The notes: generated from the sequence alone by a model not told the origin. Positions 1 through 10,865 are shown, counted from the first letter of the stretch. The stretch is DNA of 64,000 nucleotides from Vampirovibrionaceae bacterium NZW_1234 (GCA_041697335.1 JBGUGD010000039.1:128001-192000), one strand, 5' to 3'. Numbers and translations: made by a program.

Positions 1-1266
1 TATGAGCTTAAACTCAAGAGTGGCTGGCAGCTCCACGCGCTAACAGCTGAGCCTTTGGTGCAGACAGAACAGATGCTCATTCTGCCGTCGGAGCATCCTG
101 TTGTCGTGGATTTAACTGCACCTTCCCAAATTTCTATGATGAACTCCGGAACAGGCATTCAGGCCCAAGCTCGAAACGAAAAACTGACTGTATCAGTCCC
201 CCACCCCATGCCGGCTGATGAATTAACCTATATTCATTTGGGAAGCCTCCATATTTACTTCCTCGGAAGCCATCTGGCCGATCGCATCTGGCCATTGTCA
301 GATGGCCGATATGTCATTGGCCCGGATCTGGTTATGGGCGATAACGAGTTTTATCTCTCTCAAAACCGCCCTTGCTGGATCACAACTCTGGACGGAAATA
401 TCCAGCCACTTAACCGTTTCGAGCGTCTCCCCTCGTATCTGTTGCCGATGTTGGAAGATTGGACGCTTCAACCCGGAGGCAAACCCTTAGTTGATTCTCA
501 GGGCTTCAAACCACTTGCTCCCAAAGGTTGTACCATGGACAGTCACGAACTCTTTGAGGGTGCTGCCTGGTATCGCTACCCATTTGAGGGACCTGCCGAG
601 CGATTGACTATCTATGCTCAACATATTTGGGCCGTTTTCCTCAACGGCCATGGCCTCATCCAAAACCATACCTTCCATGTCCACCCGGAAGTGGGCAGCC
701 CGGGCGATGCTGTAAGCATACAACTGCCACAAGACCACTTAAACGAGGAAGGTCTTAACGAGTTGGTCATCTTCACAGAGAGCTTGGGTCATCATAAAGG
801 CTTTTACGAAGATACCCATGACCCGCGCGGGGTTTTAGGGCTTGTCCTGGATGGAAAAAATATCCATTTAGATGGCAGTATCCAGGTTGCACCGCTAACC
901 GCTTCCGAAGACACAATCCCCACAGAAAAGGCTCCGAACGAAGCACCCATAGTGTATGCGTCAACAACGTTTCAGCTGAATATCAATGATGATTTTAAAT
1001 TGCCTTTGGGCCTCGAAATAGACTTCTCAAATATTGAGCGGGTGAATATTCGGTTAAATGGGGTTCTCATTGGTAAGTACTGGGAGGCTTGTGGCAACCA
1101 GAAAATGTTCTATCTCCCGGAAGGCGTACTCAACACCAATGGGCCTAACCATTTAGAGTTGGCCCTTATAAACTTTATCCCCCTGTTATCCCTTGAAAAA
1201 CCCTTCCCCAAAGGGTATGGTAGAGTAAGTCTTGTTCCATATCAGGCGTTTTTTAAACTTTCCTAA
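1..1266 (+). CDS. Beta-galactosidase (GH35-like) C-terminal jelly-roll domains, 5'-truncated by the window
   Basis: Frame is open from base 1. C-terminal RVNIRLNGVLIGKYW...GNQKMFYLPEGVL resembles GH35 beta-galactosidase domain 4/5. The catalytic domain is not in the window. Confidence 0.65.
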   Translation, partial: YELKLKSGWQLHALTAEPLVQTEQMLILPSEHPVVVDLTAPSQISMMNSGTGIQAQARNEKLTVSVPHPMPADELTYIHLGSLHIYFLGSHLADRIWPLSDGRYVIGPDLVMGDNEFYLSQNRPCWITTLDGNIQPLNRFERLPSYLLPMLEDWTLQPGGKPLVDSQGFKPLAPKGCTMDSHELFEGAAWYRYPFEGPAERLTIYAQHIWAVFLNGHGLIQNHTFHVHPEVGSPGDAVSIQLPQDHLNEEGLNELVIFTESLGHHKGFYEDTHDPRGVLGLVLDGKNIHLDGSIQVAPLTASEDTIPTEKAPNEAPIVYASTTFQLNINDDFKLPLGLEIDFSNIERVNIRLNGVLIGKYWEACGNQKMFYLPEGVLNTNGPNHLELALINFIPLLSLEKPFPKGYGRVSLVPYQAFFKLS

Positions 1267-1317
1267 AAAATGTTCGATACATGGTCTAACGTAGGATAAC
1301 AACCAACGAGTGAAGGC

Positions 1318-1686
1318 ATGTCAATCATTCCGAAATTTTTGCTTAAACGCGTCTACGTCTCTGGAAGCCTTCGGGAAACCACGGACGGGGTAGCGTTTGA
1401 CTTATTTAATTCTATTGGTCCGGGGATTTTAACACGGCTGAATAATATCAAGCTCAATGATCATAGCTTTTCGCCCCAGCAAATCCTGCTAAAAATCGGC
1501 GATAAAATCTTCCACGGCCATGAAATTTCCGACAGCAATCCGGCGATTTTCTTCCACAACCAAAAAACCACGTGCATTATCCTCGGTGCCAAGTTGGCCC
1601 AAGGGCTTCACACTATAACAGTGGATCTTTTCAGCCGTGAAGCTGGAAAAGTCGTGGTGACCATTCAGGATAATCCTGCAACCTAA
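1318..1686 (+). CDS. Small beta-rich hypothetical protein (possibly DUF6379-like)
   Basis: 122-aa ORF with ATG after GAAGG. N-terminus IPKFLLKRVYVSGSLRE; family call from memory only. Confidence 0.5.
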   Translation: MSIIPKFLLKRVYVSGSLRETTDGVAFDLFNSIGPGILTRLNNIKLNDHSFSPQQILLKIGDKIFHGHEISDSNPAIFFHNQKTTCIILGAKLAQGLHTITVDLFSREAGKVVVTIQDNPAT

Positions 1687-1962
1687 CCCATCCGTCTTAT
1701 TTTGTCTTTCGACTCTGTTGCCACCCCCCTCAGCCGAGGTCCTATCTGGGCTGGATTGAAAGGCATTTCAAAGAATTCACGGCTGGTCATTAGATTCGCT
1801 CTGATTCAAAAAACAGCCTTAAAATCCATTCACATCAAGCCAACTGGGGCTTTATCCCTGCTGCGACTTATGTCATTATGAAGAGCCCGCAAAGCGCAAT
1901 TTTTTCCTTTGAGGGTTTTTAAATACTGACAGATGCAGGAATAAGGGATAACGGCAGGTCGG

Positions 1963-3111
1963 GTGTATACCACGTTAAACGGGCGATATCACATCATGCC
2001 TCCACCAGCCTTTGGCTATACCGGTGTAGGTATCCCTGCCATGGCACCACAAATCCCCTCCTATGGATTGCAGCAGCCAAGCCAGCAGCCCAACCCCAAA
2101 GAGGTATTAACAAATCTAGCTCGGATTATCGACGAGAAAAAAGCCTATGATGCCCTTCAACTCCGACGAAAACAAATTCCAACCGATGTTCTGCTCGACT
2201 ACAGTATCTTCGATAAAGTCGCCCATCGTCTTAAAACAACCTTTGTTACCCTGCCCAAAAGTGTCTGGAAAGGCTTAATCGGGTCAAAAGATTTTACCTT
2301 TGCCGATGCCATGTTGGTGGCGAAAGTTCCCTACTATCTGGGTGGCCTGGGTCTTACGCTAAGCCCGTTTATTGGTGGCAATAAAGGGGAAGGTATCCGA
2401 CAAGGTGCTGCCGTCTTACTGTATTTATTGGGTGCCATGGGCACCAATGGTGTCATTAATGGGCTCTACAAGTGGCGCTACGGCATTGATTTGACCATGA
2501 TGTATCGCTCCAAAAACGGCCCCACGGAATACGTCTTTGCCAGCAGCAATTTCCCCCGATTTGACCTGCTTCAGAATAAACACTACCGCGCCCTGGCTGA
2601 AAAAATGGGGATCCCCTTCCACATTCAAGATCCCCAGGATGCCGTAAGAGACCAATTGCGCTATGCCATTGTCACCAGTCGCACCTTGAAACTCATTGTC
2701 GGTAACATCATCAGTGCCATCGGAGCTGGCTATCTGGCCAAAAGCGATCGCTGGGCCGATGTCCCGAAAGCATTCCCGGTTATTCGCCAAATCTGGCAAA
2801 ACCGGGGCTTAGGCGTCTGGGGGAAACTGTCTAATTCGGCTGCCACCTTAGGCGAAGCTTTCCGGGCCGTTCTGATAGAACGCCTGAATGTCGCAAGCGC
2901 CCCTCTCTGGCGAAAAGTGGTGGTTTACGGCGGACTGGCAAGCATTCTGGGCACTATCGGCTTTATTCTGACCCGAGGTGTCCCCCATAAACGCTATGTC
3001 ACCACAACCGAAAAACCCAAAATCCCGTATCTGAACCTGCAACAAAATCCCCAGTTGGAGGCTCTCCTTCAACAATTAACCCAGACTCGAGCCCAAGGAG
3101 GTCAGGTATGA
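1963..3111 (+). CDS. Orphan membrane-associated protein, paralog of the next gene
   Basis: 382-aa ORF with Pro/Gln-rich N-terminus and several Gly-rich hydrophobic segments. ATGA overlap with the next gene. True start may be the ATG near 1996. Confidence 0.75.
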   Translation: MYTTLNGRYHIMPPPAFGYTGVGIPAMAPQIPSYGLQQPSQQPNPKEVLTNLARIIDEKKAYDALQLRRKQIPTDVLLDYSIFDKVAHRLKTTFVTLPKSVWKGLIGSKDFTFADAMLVAKVPYYLGGLGLTLSPFIGGNKGEGIRQGAAVLLYLLGAMGTNGVINGLYKWRYGIDLTMMYRSKNGPTEYVFASSNFPRFDLLQNKHYRALAEKMGIPFHIQDPQDAVRDQLRYAIVTSRTLKLIVGNIISAIGAGYLAKSDRWADVPKAFPVIRQIWQNRGLGVWGKLSNSAATLGEAFRAVLIERLNVASAPLWRKVVVYGGLASILGTIGFILTRGVPHKRYVTTTEKPKIPYLNLQQNPQLEALLQQLTQTRAQGGQV

Positions 3112-4619
3112 CGAACACCTACCTCCAGAACCATTTGCCTGCCGGCAGTCGTCATGCCGTCTACCTCCCACCGAAGGCACGACTGGCCACATGGCAGGAA
3201 GCTGCCCAGGACAAACTGTGGAAATACCCTGAAGCAGTTAAAACTGCAGCCTGCGGCTTAGCACATGGTCATGCTCAAGACCATGCCCTGGCCCGCCTGG
3301 ATGATGTTAGCCGGACCTTGGGCGTTGCAACCATTGCAGGATTAGGCAGCTTGGGCACGTCTCAAGTCGGTGGTTCTTTGCCCTTATGGCTGGGTGGTGC
3401 AAGCTGGCTAGGCGCCATGGCCATTACCCCCATGCTTATTAATGCAGCCGTATATGCCAAAACGGGCGTCAACCCAGGGCTGAAATACATCAACAGTAAT
3501 GGGCAAATGGTTCGGCTGTACCAAGATCCAAGCTATCTCCCCCTGGACGTACTGTCCCAAAACACCCGGGAATCCATCTCCAATCAAACCGGCATCCCTG
3601 TAAAAGATCCAGATCACGAGACCTTGTTTCAGGACAAAATGAAACAAATTGCCGTGCAAACCCACACCTGGTGGATGTTGATGGCAGGCTTGGCCACGCC
3701 GGTTCTGGCCTCTGTGATTTGCGATCGTTTGGAAGACCCCTTTAAGTCCCTGACCAGTCGCCTACGGCAATGGGCCGCCTACCAGAAACTGACGCCGGCC
3801 CTGAAAACCAAAAATGCAGACAAGATTGCCAAGGCCGTCAGCAACACCATTCAGGCATCCGTGGGCTCCGGCAATGAGGTCACTCTCTTGTCCCGCTGGT
3901 GGAAGGCCCTGCCCGAGGACTTGGTTGAAACGCTGAATCTGAAAAAATTAGCGCAAGCCGATCTCTTACACCCCTCCAGCAACCACCGCTTCAGTAAAGT
4001 GGTCAACCATCTGACCTCAGAACTTCAGCAGACCTCCCAGCGAGCCTCTCTGGAGAACCTGCTTTTCAGGCAGCAAGAGCGTTTAGACAGTATCCTGACA
4101 CCTCTGGAAAAGCTTCTGGAACGCAAGGACGTAAAACGCTTTCTACCCAAAGGGGTTTATGACAAGTTAACGCAACAATTAGGCCTCTATCGCGGGGCTG
4201 CCGAGGGCACCCTACGGCATTTTAACACCTTATTGCAACTGCCGCTAAACAAGCTCCCAAAGGCACAGTCTCAGCAACTCATCCGCAAGCACATGGAATC
4301 GGCAGTGTTAGGCTATGTGGAGCAAGCCAGCCGCTTGGGTGAAATCAGCAAGGCCAGTCGGGCTGCCGGCGGCACTAATGGCCTAAAAAATGTCATGGGT
4401 GCATTTTCCTCCGGACGCTTTGGCCCTGCGTTTGATCAAATGGGAGCCTCTCCCAAGAGCTTCCTGCTGAAAGCGGCCAACAACCTTGGTCTTCGTCGAC
4501 GCTGGTTCCAACGTTTTCCCCTGCTGCTGGGAGCCACAATGGTTATCTCCACGGCAATTTACATGGCGCTGTTCCTGGGGCGTGATTTGGAAGCCCCGAA
4601 GTCCGGAGGAAAAGCCTGA
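3108..4619 (+). CDS. Orphan membrane-associated protein, paralog of the previous gene
   Basis: 503-aa ORF with GGAGG RBS inside the upstream gene, hydrophobic segments and a C-terminal TM helix. TGATG overlap with the amylase. Confidence 0.8.
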   Translation: MTNTYLQNHLPAGSRHAVYLPPKARLATWQEAAQDKLWKYPEAVKTAACGLAHGHAQDHALARLDDVSRTLGVATIAGLGSLGTSQVGGSLPLWLGGASWLGAMAITPMLINAAVYAKTGVNPGLKYINSNGQMVRLYQDPSYLPLDVLSQNTRESISNQTGIPVKDPDHETLFQDKMKQIAVQTHTWWMLMAGLATPVLASVICDRLEDPFKSLTSRLRQWAAYQKLTPALKTKNADKIAKAVSNTIQASVGSGNEVTLLSRWWKALPEDLVETLNLKKLAQADLLHPSSNHRFSKVVNHLTSELQQTSQRASLENLLFRQQERLDSILTPLEKLLERKDVKRFLPKGVYDKLTQQLGLYRGAAEGTLRHFNTLLQLPLNKLPKAQSQQLIRKHMESAVLGYVEQASRLGEISKASRAAGGTNGLKNVMGAFSSGRFGPAFDQMGASPKSFLLKAANNLGLRRRWFQRFPLLLGATMVISTAIYMALFLGRDLEAPKSGGKA

Positions 4620-6244
4620 TGTGGAGCCCTGTGAGCTATACTCCCTGGACGGCCTATGCCAGTATGCCTCCCCATGCCCCCCGCTCTGCATATGGCCAGT
4701 GGGCATCGCAACAATACGCCTATATACCTGCACCATGGCAAAGCTATTTTCCGGCCCGTACCACTTGGCTACCCAACCGGCCTTTGATGAAACCTGCTGC
4801 CGTAACAAAAGTCACAACCAAACCAGCTGCGCCTCCCTTTAAAAACCGTTTGAAAGAATTGTTCTTTAACCGGGAAGCCGTCACTTATGCTCTGCATATA
4901 CGGACCTTTGGTGCTCGGGACAAAAATGGGGATATGATCATTGATCCCAACAAAAACGAAAGCGGGACCTTTCTAAAAGCGATTCAGGGCCTACCGGAAC
5001 TAAAGGCTATGGGCATCAATAACATCCACTTGTTGCCCATTCTCCCCGTTGGGAAAAAAGAACGCTTAGGCGACTTTGGTTCTCCGGGCAGTGTGTATGC
5101 TCCGGAGGCCTATGACAGTTTGAACGAAGAATACAAAGAGCCTAACAGCCCGTATACTCTAGTTCAAGAAGCCAGAATGTTTGTGGACGCCGCCCATAAA
5201 CTGGGCATTCATGTGATGGTGGACATCCCCAGTTGTGCTTCGGTAGACTTGGCCGAAACCCGCCCTGACCTGTTGGCGCGAGATGCCCAAGGCAATACTC
5301 TGACCCCAACCAATTGGGTCGACATTCGGATGTTTGTGAAAGATTCCCCCGCATTACGAGATTATTACCAGAAGTTCTTTGATTTGATGATCAATGATGT
5401 CGGCGTTGACGGCTTCCGGGCGGATGTTGCTCGGGCCAGGACCATGGATTTCTGGCGCTACTTCATCGGCAAATACCCGGATAAAGCCTGGCTTGCAGAA
5501 ACCTACACCGAAGAAGACGCCTCTCCCATGAAAAATATTCCCCGAGATGTTCCGGAAGATCTGATGAAAGCCGGTTTCGACAGTATTTACGGACAGTTCC
5601 ACATCTTCCATGATATGGACGCCCACCAATACATCGAATATCTTCAACAGCACCAGGCACTATTCAATCGTATTGGGCCTCAAAAATCGCTGATTGGCAG
5701 TTTCTTAACCCATGATGACCCCAGCACCATGAAGCATGGCGGTGCCCTTTATTGCAAGCTAATTTCGGGCCTAATGGCGACCCAGCCTCACGCAAACCCG
5801 TATATTTTAGACGGTTTTACAACCGGCTACACCCACGAATTTGATATCTTTAACTGGCGTCAGCGCCCAACCGGCCAGCACCCCGATATAGGCGAGTTCC
5901 TAACCAAGATGCTGGCCATCCGCCAAAGCAAAACCTATGGTCCGGTTCTGACCCGAGGGCAATTTATTCCTCTCGAAGTCAGCCAAAACAAAAAAGACCC
6001 GAGTATTATTGCCTTTTTACGCCAACACCAGGGAAAAACCCTCTTAGTGGTGGCCAATAAGAACATGAACAGCATCGCCAAAGGGACTATTGAAGTTCCC
6101 GGCCTCAACCCGCGTCAAAAGCTCTTCAATCTGGCGCCGAGCTACGGCGGCACCAGTACTTTTGTCGTTAACAGCGGCACCATTGAAACCACCATGGCCC
6201 CGGGGCGATTCTATCTCTTTGATCTGACCATGCCGCAACTCTAA
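4619..6244 (+). CDS. GH13 alpha-amylase-family glycosidase with low-complexity N-terminal extension
   Basis: GH13 catalytic motifs DGFRADVA (Asp), WLAETY (Glu), FLTHDD (Asp); also IHLLPI and AHKLGIHVMVD. Confidence 0.88.
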   Translation: MWSPVSYTPWTAYASMPPHAPRSAYGQWASQQYAYIPAPWQSYFPARTTWLPNRPLMKPAAVTKVTTKPAAPPFKNRLKELFFNREAVTYALHIRTFGARDKNGDMIIDPNKNESGTFLKAIQGLPELKAMGINNIHLLPILPVGKKERLGDFGSPGSVYAPEAYDSLNEEYKEPNSPYTLVQEARMFVDAAHKLGIHVMVDIPSCASVDLAETRPDLLARDAQGNTLTPTNWVDIRMFVKDSPALRDYYQKFFDLMINDVGVDGFRADVARARTMDFWRYFIGKYPDKAWLAETYTEEDASPMKNIPRDVPEDLMKAGFDSIYGQFHIFHDMDAHQYIEYLQQHQALFNRIGPQKSLIGSFLTHDDPSTMKHGGALYCKLISGLMATQPHANPYILDGFTTGYTHEFDIFNWRQRPTGQHPDIGEFLTKMLAIRQSKTYGPVLTRGQFIPLEVSQNKKDPSIIAFLRQHQGKTLLVVANKNMNSIAKGTIEVPGLNPRQKLFNLAPSYGGTSTFVVNSGTIETTMAPGRFYLFDLTMPQL

Positions 6245-6428
6245 CCACTCACGAAACCGGCAATTTACATTTTGTAATAAAAACGATTCTGGAAAACTGC
6301 GCTACGACAGGCTATTGCATGAAATACAGTTGATAGCCTTTCGGGAAGGCGCAAGAACCATAAAAAACCGTTTGTTTCCCTAAACCTTTGAAAGATAATG
6401 ACGGCATCAATTTGAGTTTAGGGGAGAA

Positions 6429-8603
6429 ATGATTGTGGGCAGTATTTCGACTCAAGGAGCGGTATTAACCCAAAGCAAGCCTGTACAGGCATCCAAAATC
6501 AATACAAGATTTAAAGTAAACCATCCTCTACCGCCATTAACAGGCGATAAGCTGGCATTACGTTTTGGATCCTCCGGCTCGTTGCTCTCGCTGAATCCGA
6601 ATTACCGTCACTTTATCGGCGATCTTAAACAAGCCATCAAGCCCTTCAGCCTTTATGACGTTCAACAATGGGACCATTCCTGGACCCCTCCACTGCCTGT
6701 GCTTCATGCGCTGACCCGAGAAGGCAAAAACGTCACCTGTGTGCCGGTCCCGGATCATCGTCCCGGCAAAAGCTATTTGTCCGATCCGGCGGTCATGCAG
6801 AATGTTCCTTCCGACGTCGCGAAATCCCTTCAAAATCTTTTTGTTGACGATACCAAACTGGACACAGCCAACCAATATTTGGCTGAACTTGGCAAAGATG
6901 GCTATGCCAAACCTGCGGCCTTGGCCACGCTGGAAATCACAGAAAGCCTCGGCGTTGGCGTAGGCACCTTCTTAGGGGTCAGTAACGGGCTGGCCGCAGA
7001 ATCCATCTCAAAAATGGGGACGGAAGCCCAGAAGGCCTTTTTTCTCAATGCGGCAAACCACGGCGCGCTGAGCTATGCCTTTGCCCTGACGGAAGAAAAC
7101 ATCGGCTCGGATGCTCGGGGATTGGAAACGACGTATACCGAGACCACGGATGAACGTGGCAATACCCAGTACATTCTCAATGGCAACAAAAAATTTATTG
7201 GCAACGCAGCCCAAGTCACCGATGCCACTGGCAAAATCATCCACCGAGGCGCAGACTTTATTGTCGTGTTTGCCGCCGAAAAGCCCAAGTATGCCCCACC
7301 GGATTGGCACGCCAGTAAAGTTCCCCCGGCCAAGCGAAACTTTAAGGCCTTTTTGGTGCCTCGAACCTTGATTGGGGAAGAAAATATCCGCCACACCGGG
7401 ACCGATGTCGTCACGGGCATTAAATACAACAAAATGGGACTTCGGGAAGTCAACAACGGCGACTTCGATCTCAAGAATGTCAAAGTGCCACAGTCTTTGA
7501 TGCTTGGCGATCCCAAGGACAATATCTATGAAAAATTGATGACCTTACTGGATGAAACCCGTTTACATGTGGCCTGTTTTGGTCAAGGGACCAGCCAGGC
7601 CGCCCTTAATGTGGCTACAAAGTGGGCCACTCAACGCCGACAAGGTGGCAATCTGCTTCAAAAGTATCAGGCTATTGCTGATCCCCTGAAAGATTTGTCT
7701 GCAAAGTCTATGGCAGGCCGTCTTTTAATTATGGAATGTGCCCGACTTGCGGATATTTCGGCTGTAGAGCGAGAAGCCTTTGAAAAAAGTGGTGGTAAAG
7801 GCAAAAAGCCTTTGGTCTTCCGGACCGAAGGTGCCATGGCTAAATATTTCAACACGGAACTGGGCAAAAAATGTGTGGAAGAAGCCATGAGTATCAAAGG
7901 GGGCCGTGGCTACCTGGCCAACGTTCGAGAAGGTGATGGCCTGGAAAAACGTTCCCGGGATGCGGAAGTCACCACCATTTATGAAGGCCAAAGCCGGATT
8001 CAAAAGAACCTCATTGTCGCCGGGGTCCTCATTGAAGAGCGAAAGAAGCATGCATGGCGTATGGGTTTAACCAAGCTCACCAACAGCCGACTCTTTTATC
8101 CCACCCCGTTGTTGCCCATGACCCTGGGCGGCATCCTCAAAGGCAAAGGGAGCCCTCAAGAAACCGTTGAAAAAGCCTTCCAATATGCTCTGTCCACATG
8201 CGTGCCTCCCTATCTGGAGTCCATGAACCGATTGGAAGCCGCGTATAGCAAGCGCAAGGCCCATTGGAAAAAAGAAGGGATCGCCAATCCCTATGAGGGC
8301 TGGGATCGCAAGAGCCTGGAACGGGAGTTTGCGGAAAAGGCGATGCTGCCCATCCAGACCCGCTTACATCATCTGGCGGATATTGCCACCTACCGGAAAC
8401 TCACGCAATTGGTGTCGTCAGAACTAAAACACCTAAAGTCAGCCAGCCATTTAACCGACGAAGAAGCTCTTCGCAAAGAGCAATGCGAGGATTTTCTGAA
8501 AATTGCCGCCAAAGAGGTCCGCAAAACTCTGATCGATATGACCGATCCACTGCTGGTACAGCGTGAAAAAGCTTATTTAAAAACCTATCGGCCTATCGAT
8601 TAG
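6429..8603 (+). CDS. Acyl-CoA dehydrogenase with N- and C-terminal extensions
   Basis: FALTEENIGSDA, YILNGNKKFIGN, KMGLR, GGRGY and RDAEVTTIYEG motifs; GGGGAG RBS. Confidence 0.9.
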   Translation: MIVGSISTQGAVLTQSKPVQASKINTRFKVNHPLPPLTGDKLALRFGSSGSLLSLNPNYRHFIGDLKQAIKPFSLYDVQQWDHSWTPPLPVLHALTREGKNVTCVPVPDHRPGKSYLSDPAVMQNVPSDVAKSLQNLFVDDTKLDTANQYLAELGKDGYAKPAALATLEITESLGVGVGTFLGVSNGLAAESISKMGTEAQKAFFLNAANHGALSYAFALTEENIGSDARGLETTYTETTDERGNTQYILNGNKKFIGNAAQVTDATGKIIHRGADFIVVFAAEKPKYAPPDWHASKVPPAKRNFKAFLVPRTLIGEENIRHTGTDVVTGIKYNKMGLREVNNGDFDLKNVKVPQSLMLGDPKDNIYEKLMTLLDETRLHVACFGQGTSQAALNVATKWATQRRQGGNLLQKYQAIADPLKDLSAKSMAGRLLIMECARLADISAVEREAFEKSGGKGKKPLVFRTEGAMAKYFNTELGKKCVEEAMSIKGGRGYLANVREGDGLEKRSRDAEVTTIYEGQSRIQKNLIVAGVLIEERKKHAWRMGLTKLTNSRLFYPTPLLPMTLGGILKGKGSPQETVEKAFQYALSTCVPPYLESMNRLEAAYSKRKAHWKKEGIANPYEGWDRKSLEREFAEKAMLPIQTRLHHLADIATYRKLTQLVSSELKHLKSASHLTDEEALRKEQCEDFLKIAAKEVRKTLIDMTDPLLVQREKAYLKTYRPID

Positions 8604-9325
8604 GACGCCGTTCCCTGGTCGAGTTGTAAAAGTGCTTCTGCCAGGCGACGATCCGCGGCAGTGGTAATTTTAATGTTGCTCGGATCATCCAGGACCATGC
8701 GAACAACAGGTTGCCCTTCAAAATAACGCTCCACCAGCTCGGCATCATCGCGAATGGGGAGCGTTTCATCAATATGACAATGGGCTTTGAACAAAATTTC
8801 GGGCCGGAAGACCTGAGGCGTATGCACTTGCCAAAGGCGCTCTCGATCCAGCGTCATTTCCACCCATGGCGGATCACCGGGAGCTACTTGCTTCACCGTA
8901 TTCTGACACGGAACCCCTAAACTGGCCCCAACCGCTTCGCCTGCCAGAATTGGTGCCAAAGCGGCCTCAATATGCTTCGGCTTTACCAACGGACGAGCAG
9001 CATCATGCACAATGACGGCATTCACCGTTGACGGCATAACTTGGAGCCCCTGCATCACAGAGCCCCGTCGGGTTTCACCACCAATCACCCAGATCAGGGG
9101 AAGTTGGTACTGAAAGGGTTCTAAACACTCGCGATAGGCTTCTTCCCATTGGGGATGGTACACAATCGACACACCACACATATTGGGAACAGCCACCAAG
9201 GCCTCCATGCTTCGGACAATGACGGGCTTTCCTGCAATGGGCTCAAGTAGTTTGGATTGCAAAGGGCTGTAGCGTTGTCCAGAACCCCCGGCCACCAGAA
9301 TGGCCCAGACCACCGGTAATGTCAT
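8600..9325 (-). CDS. ispD: 2-C-methyl-D-erythritol 4-phosphate cytidylyltransferase
   Basis: AGGSGQR, GGETRRGSV, VHDAARP, VHTPQVF and NIKITT motifs. Confidence 0.93.
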   Translation of the reverse strand: MTLPVVWAILVAGGSGQRYSPLQSKLLEPIAGKPVIVRSMEALVAVPNMCGVSIVYHPQWEEAYRECLEPFQYQLPLIWVIGGETRRGSVMQGLQVMPSTVNAVIVHDAARPLVKPKHIEAALAPILAGEAVGASLGVPCQNTVKQVAPGDPPWVEMTLDRERLWQVHTPQVFRPEILFKAHCHIDETLPIRDDAELVERYFEGQPVVRMVLDDPSNIKITTAADRRLAEALLQLDQGTAS

Positions 9326-10338
9326 GACATTAGGTGAGACTCAATGGCATCATCCGACGGCCACGGATGCGCTCCCTCTTGGGGTGCCGGAGACTCTGCA
9401 AAATGCTGAAAGAGTTTTTCGGGCTCCAAAGGACGCACGGTCCCGTCCACATGTTTCAACAAAGCATTTCCGGGACCCGGCCGGTTCTTGGGCAGCACAT
9501 ACCCCACGGGCTTTAATTCCGGAAACAAAACCAGTGTTTCTGGCGGCAAGGAGACCACCAATTCAAAATCTTCGCCACCATACAGCAGCCATTCCTTCGG
9601 ATCGATACCCATACGCTCGGCGACCTGCTGAACTTCCAGGTGTGGTACCAGACGTTTATCTTCCAGGACAATGTCTACCCCACTGGCTTCGGCAAACCTC
9701 ACCATGGCATCAGCCAAGCCATCACTGGAGTCCATCATGGCAAAATGAGGTAAAACCTTGGCCACACGCTGCCCCAGCGACAATCTCGGAATCGGGCGCA
9801 AGTGAGCCTGCTTTGCAACATTAAAGCCGGAGATATTATTCTTCAGGACCTCAAATCCTGCCCGACTCAGGCCATGATCCCCGCTCACAGCAATAACATC
9901 ACCAGGTTGAGCGGTGTGACGCCGACCGGGCAAGCTGCCTGAAGGCAACAGCCCCATAATGGTAATCGACAAGGTCGTTTTATCGGACCGCACTGTATCG
10001 CCTCCGACAACGACACATTGAAATTCCTGACAAATGGCTTCAATCCCTTCATAAATGCCTTCAAGCCTGTCCATTTGAACGTGCTCGGGCATCCCCATGC
10101 TGATGAGAATCCAGCGAGCAACACCCCCAGTTGCCGCAATATCACTGAGACTGGCCGCAATGCTTCGCCAGCCCAAGTCTTGGGGCTGAAAATAATCCCA
10201 GCAGAAATGGACGTCCTCCACCAACATATCGGTGGTTAAAATCGCCCGAGAACTCGGGTCATAAAAGGTATCGTGCCGCAAATCCACTTGAGGCAAGCGG
10301 GATTGTAGACGATTCAGCCATGTGCGTTCCATATTCAT
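9322..10338 (-). CDS. thiL: Thiamine-monophosphate kinase
   Basis: TDMLVEDVHF, LSDIAATGG, VGGDT, MDSSDGL and GGEDFEL motifs. Start placed at ATG 10338. Confidence 0.92.
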   Translation of the reverse strand: MNMERTWLNRLQSRLPQVDLRHDTFYDPSSRAILTTDMLVEDVHFCWDYFQPQDLGWRSIAASLSDIAATGGVARWILISMGMPEHVQMDRLEGIYEGIEAICQEFQCVVVGGDTVRSDKTTLSITIMGLLPSGSLPGRRHTAQPGDVIAVSGDHGLSRAGFEVLKNNISGFNVAKQAHLRPIPRLSLGQRVAKVLPHFAMMDSSDGLADAMVRFAEASGVDIVLEDKRLVPHLEVQQVAERMGIDPKEWLLYGGEDFELVVSLPPETLVLFPELKPVGYVLPKNRPGPGNALLKHVDGTVRPLEPEKLFQHFAESPAPQEGAHPWPSDDAIESHLMS

Positions 10339-10414
10339 ACCGATTACCTTATGGCAAACAATGGGGTGATGCAATGCCGCACCACCCCATTGTGGAATCT
10401 TTTATGGAGAATTT

Positions 10415-10621
10415 CTAGGCCGAAATGTTGAGCCGGTTGCCAGCCGCACCCGGGTACCCGCCCTGTTGAGGCATATTTAGGTTACCGGCAACTTGAAAAG
10501 GATTGCCCGCACCCTGAGGGGCCTTCATTTGCGGCATTCCGCCACCAAATTCCGGTCCGCCCGCATTGGCCGGGGGCTTTTTGAACATGGCCTGCATGTC
10601 GAAATTTTGTCCAATCTTCAT
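10415..10621 (-). CDS. 68-aa Gly/Pro/Gln-rich protein ending GNRLNISA
   Basis: GGAGG RBS upstream of ATG; C-terminal motif shared with 11479..11853. Confidence 0.7.
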   Translation of the reverse strand: MKIGQNFDMQAMFKKPPANAGGPEFGGGMPQMKAPQGAGNPFQVAGNLNMPQQGGYPGAAGNRLNISA

Positions 10622-10865
10622 CCCGTGAACAACCTCCAGGTTTCTGTCCCAAATATCTGTCGTAGTCGATATAAAGCATTATACTCTCACTTCGCCTGCC
10701 CTGCCTAGCTGCTTGGCCTAGAAATAAGGTTTTTTTAAGATTCCAAGCCAAACAAAAGGCTTGAAATTTCTTCGCCTTCTTCCTATGCTTCCTAATACGT
10801 AAAAATGGGTTACATACAGTCATACCAGTCATCGTGCAATTGAAATAGAAGGAGTGCATAGACTC

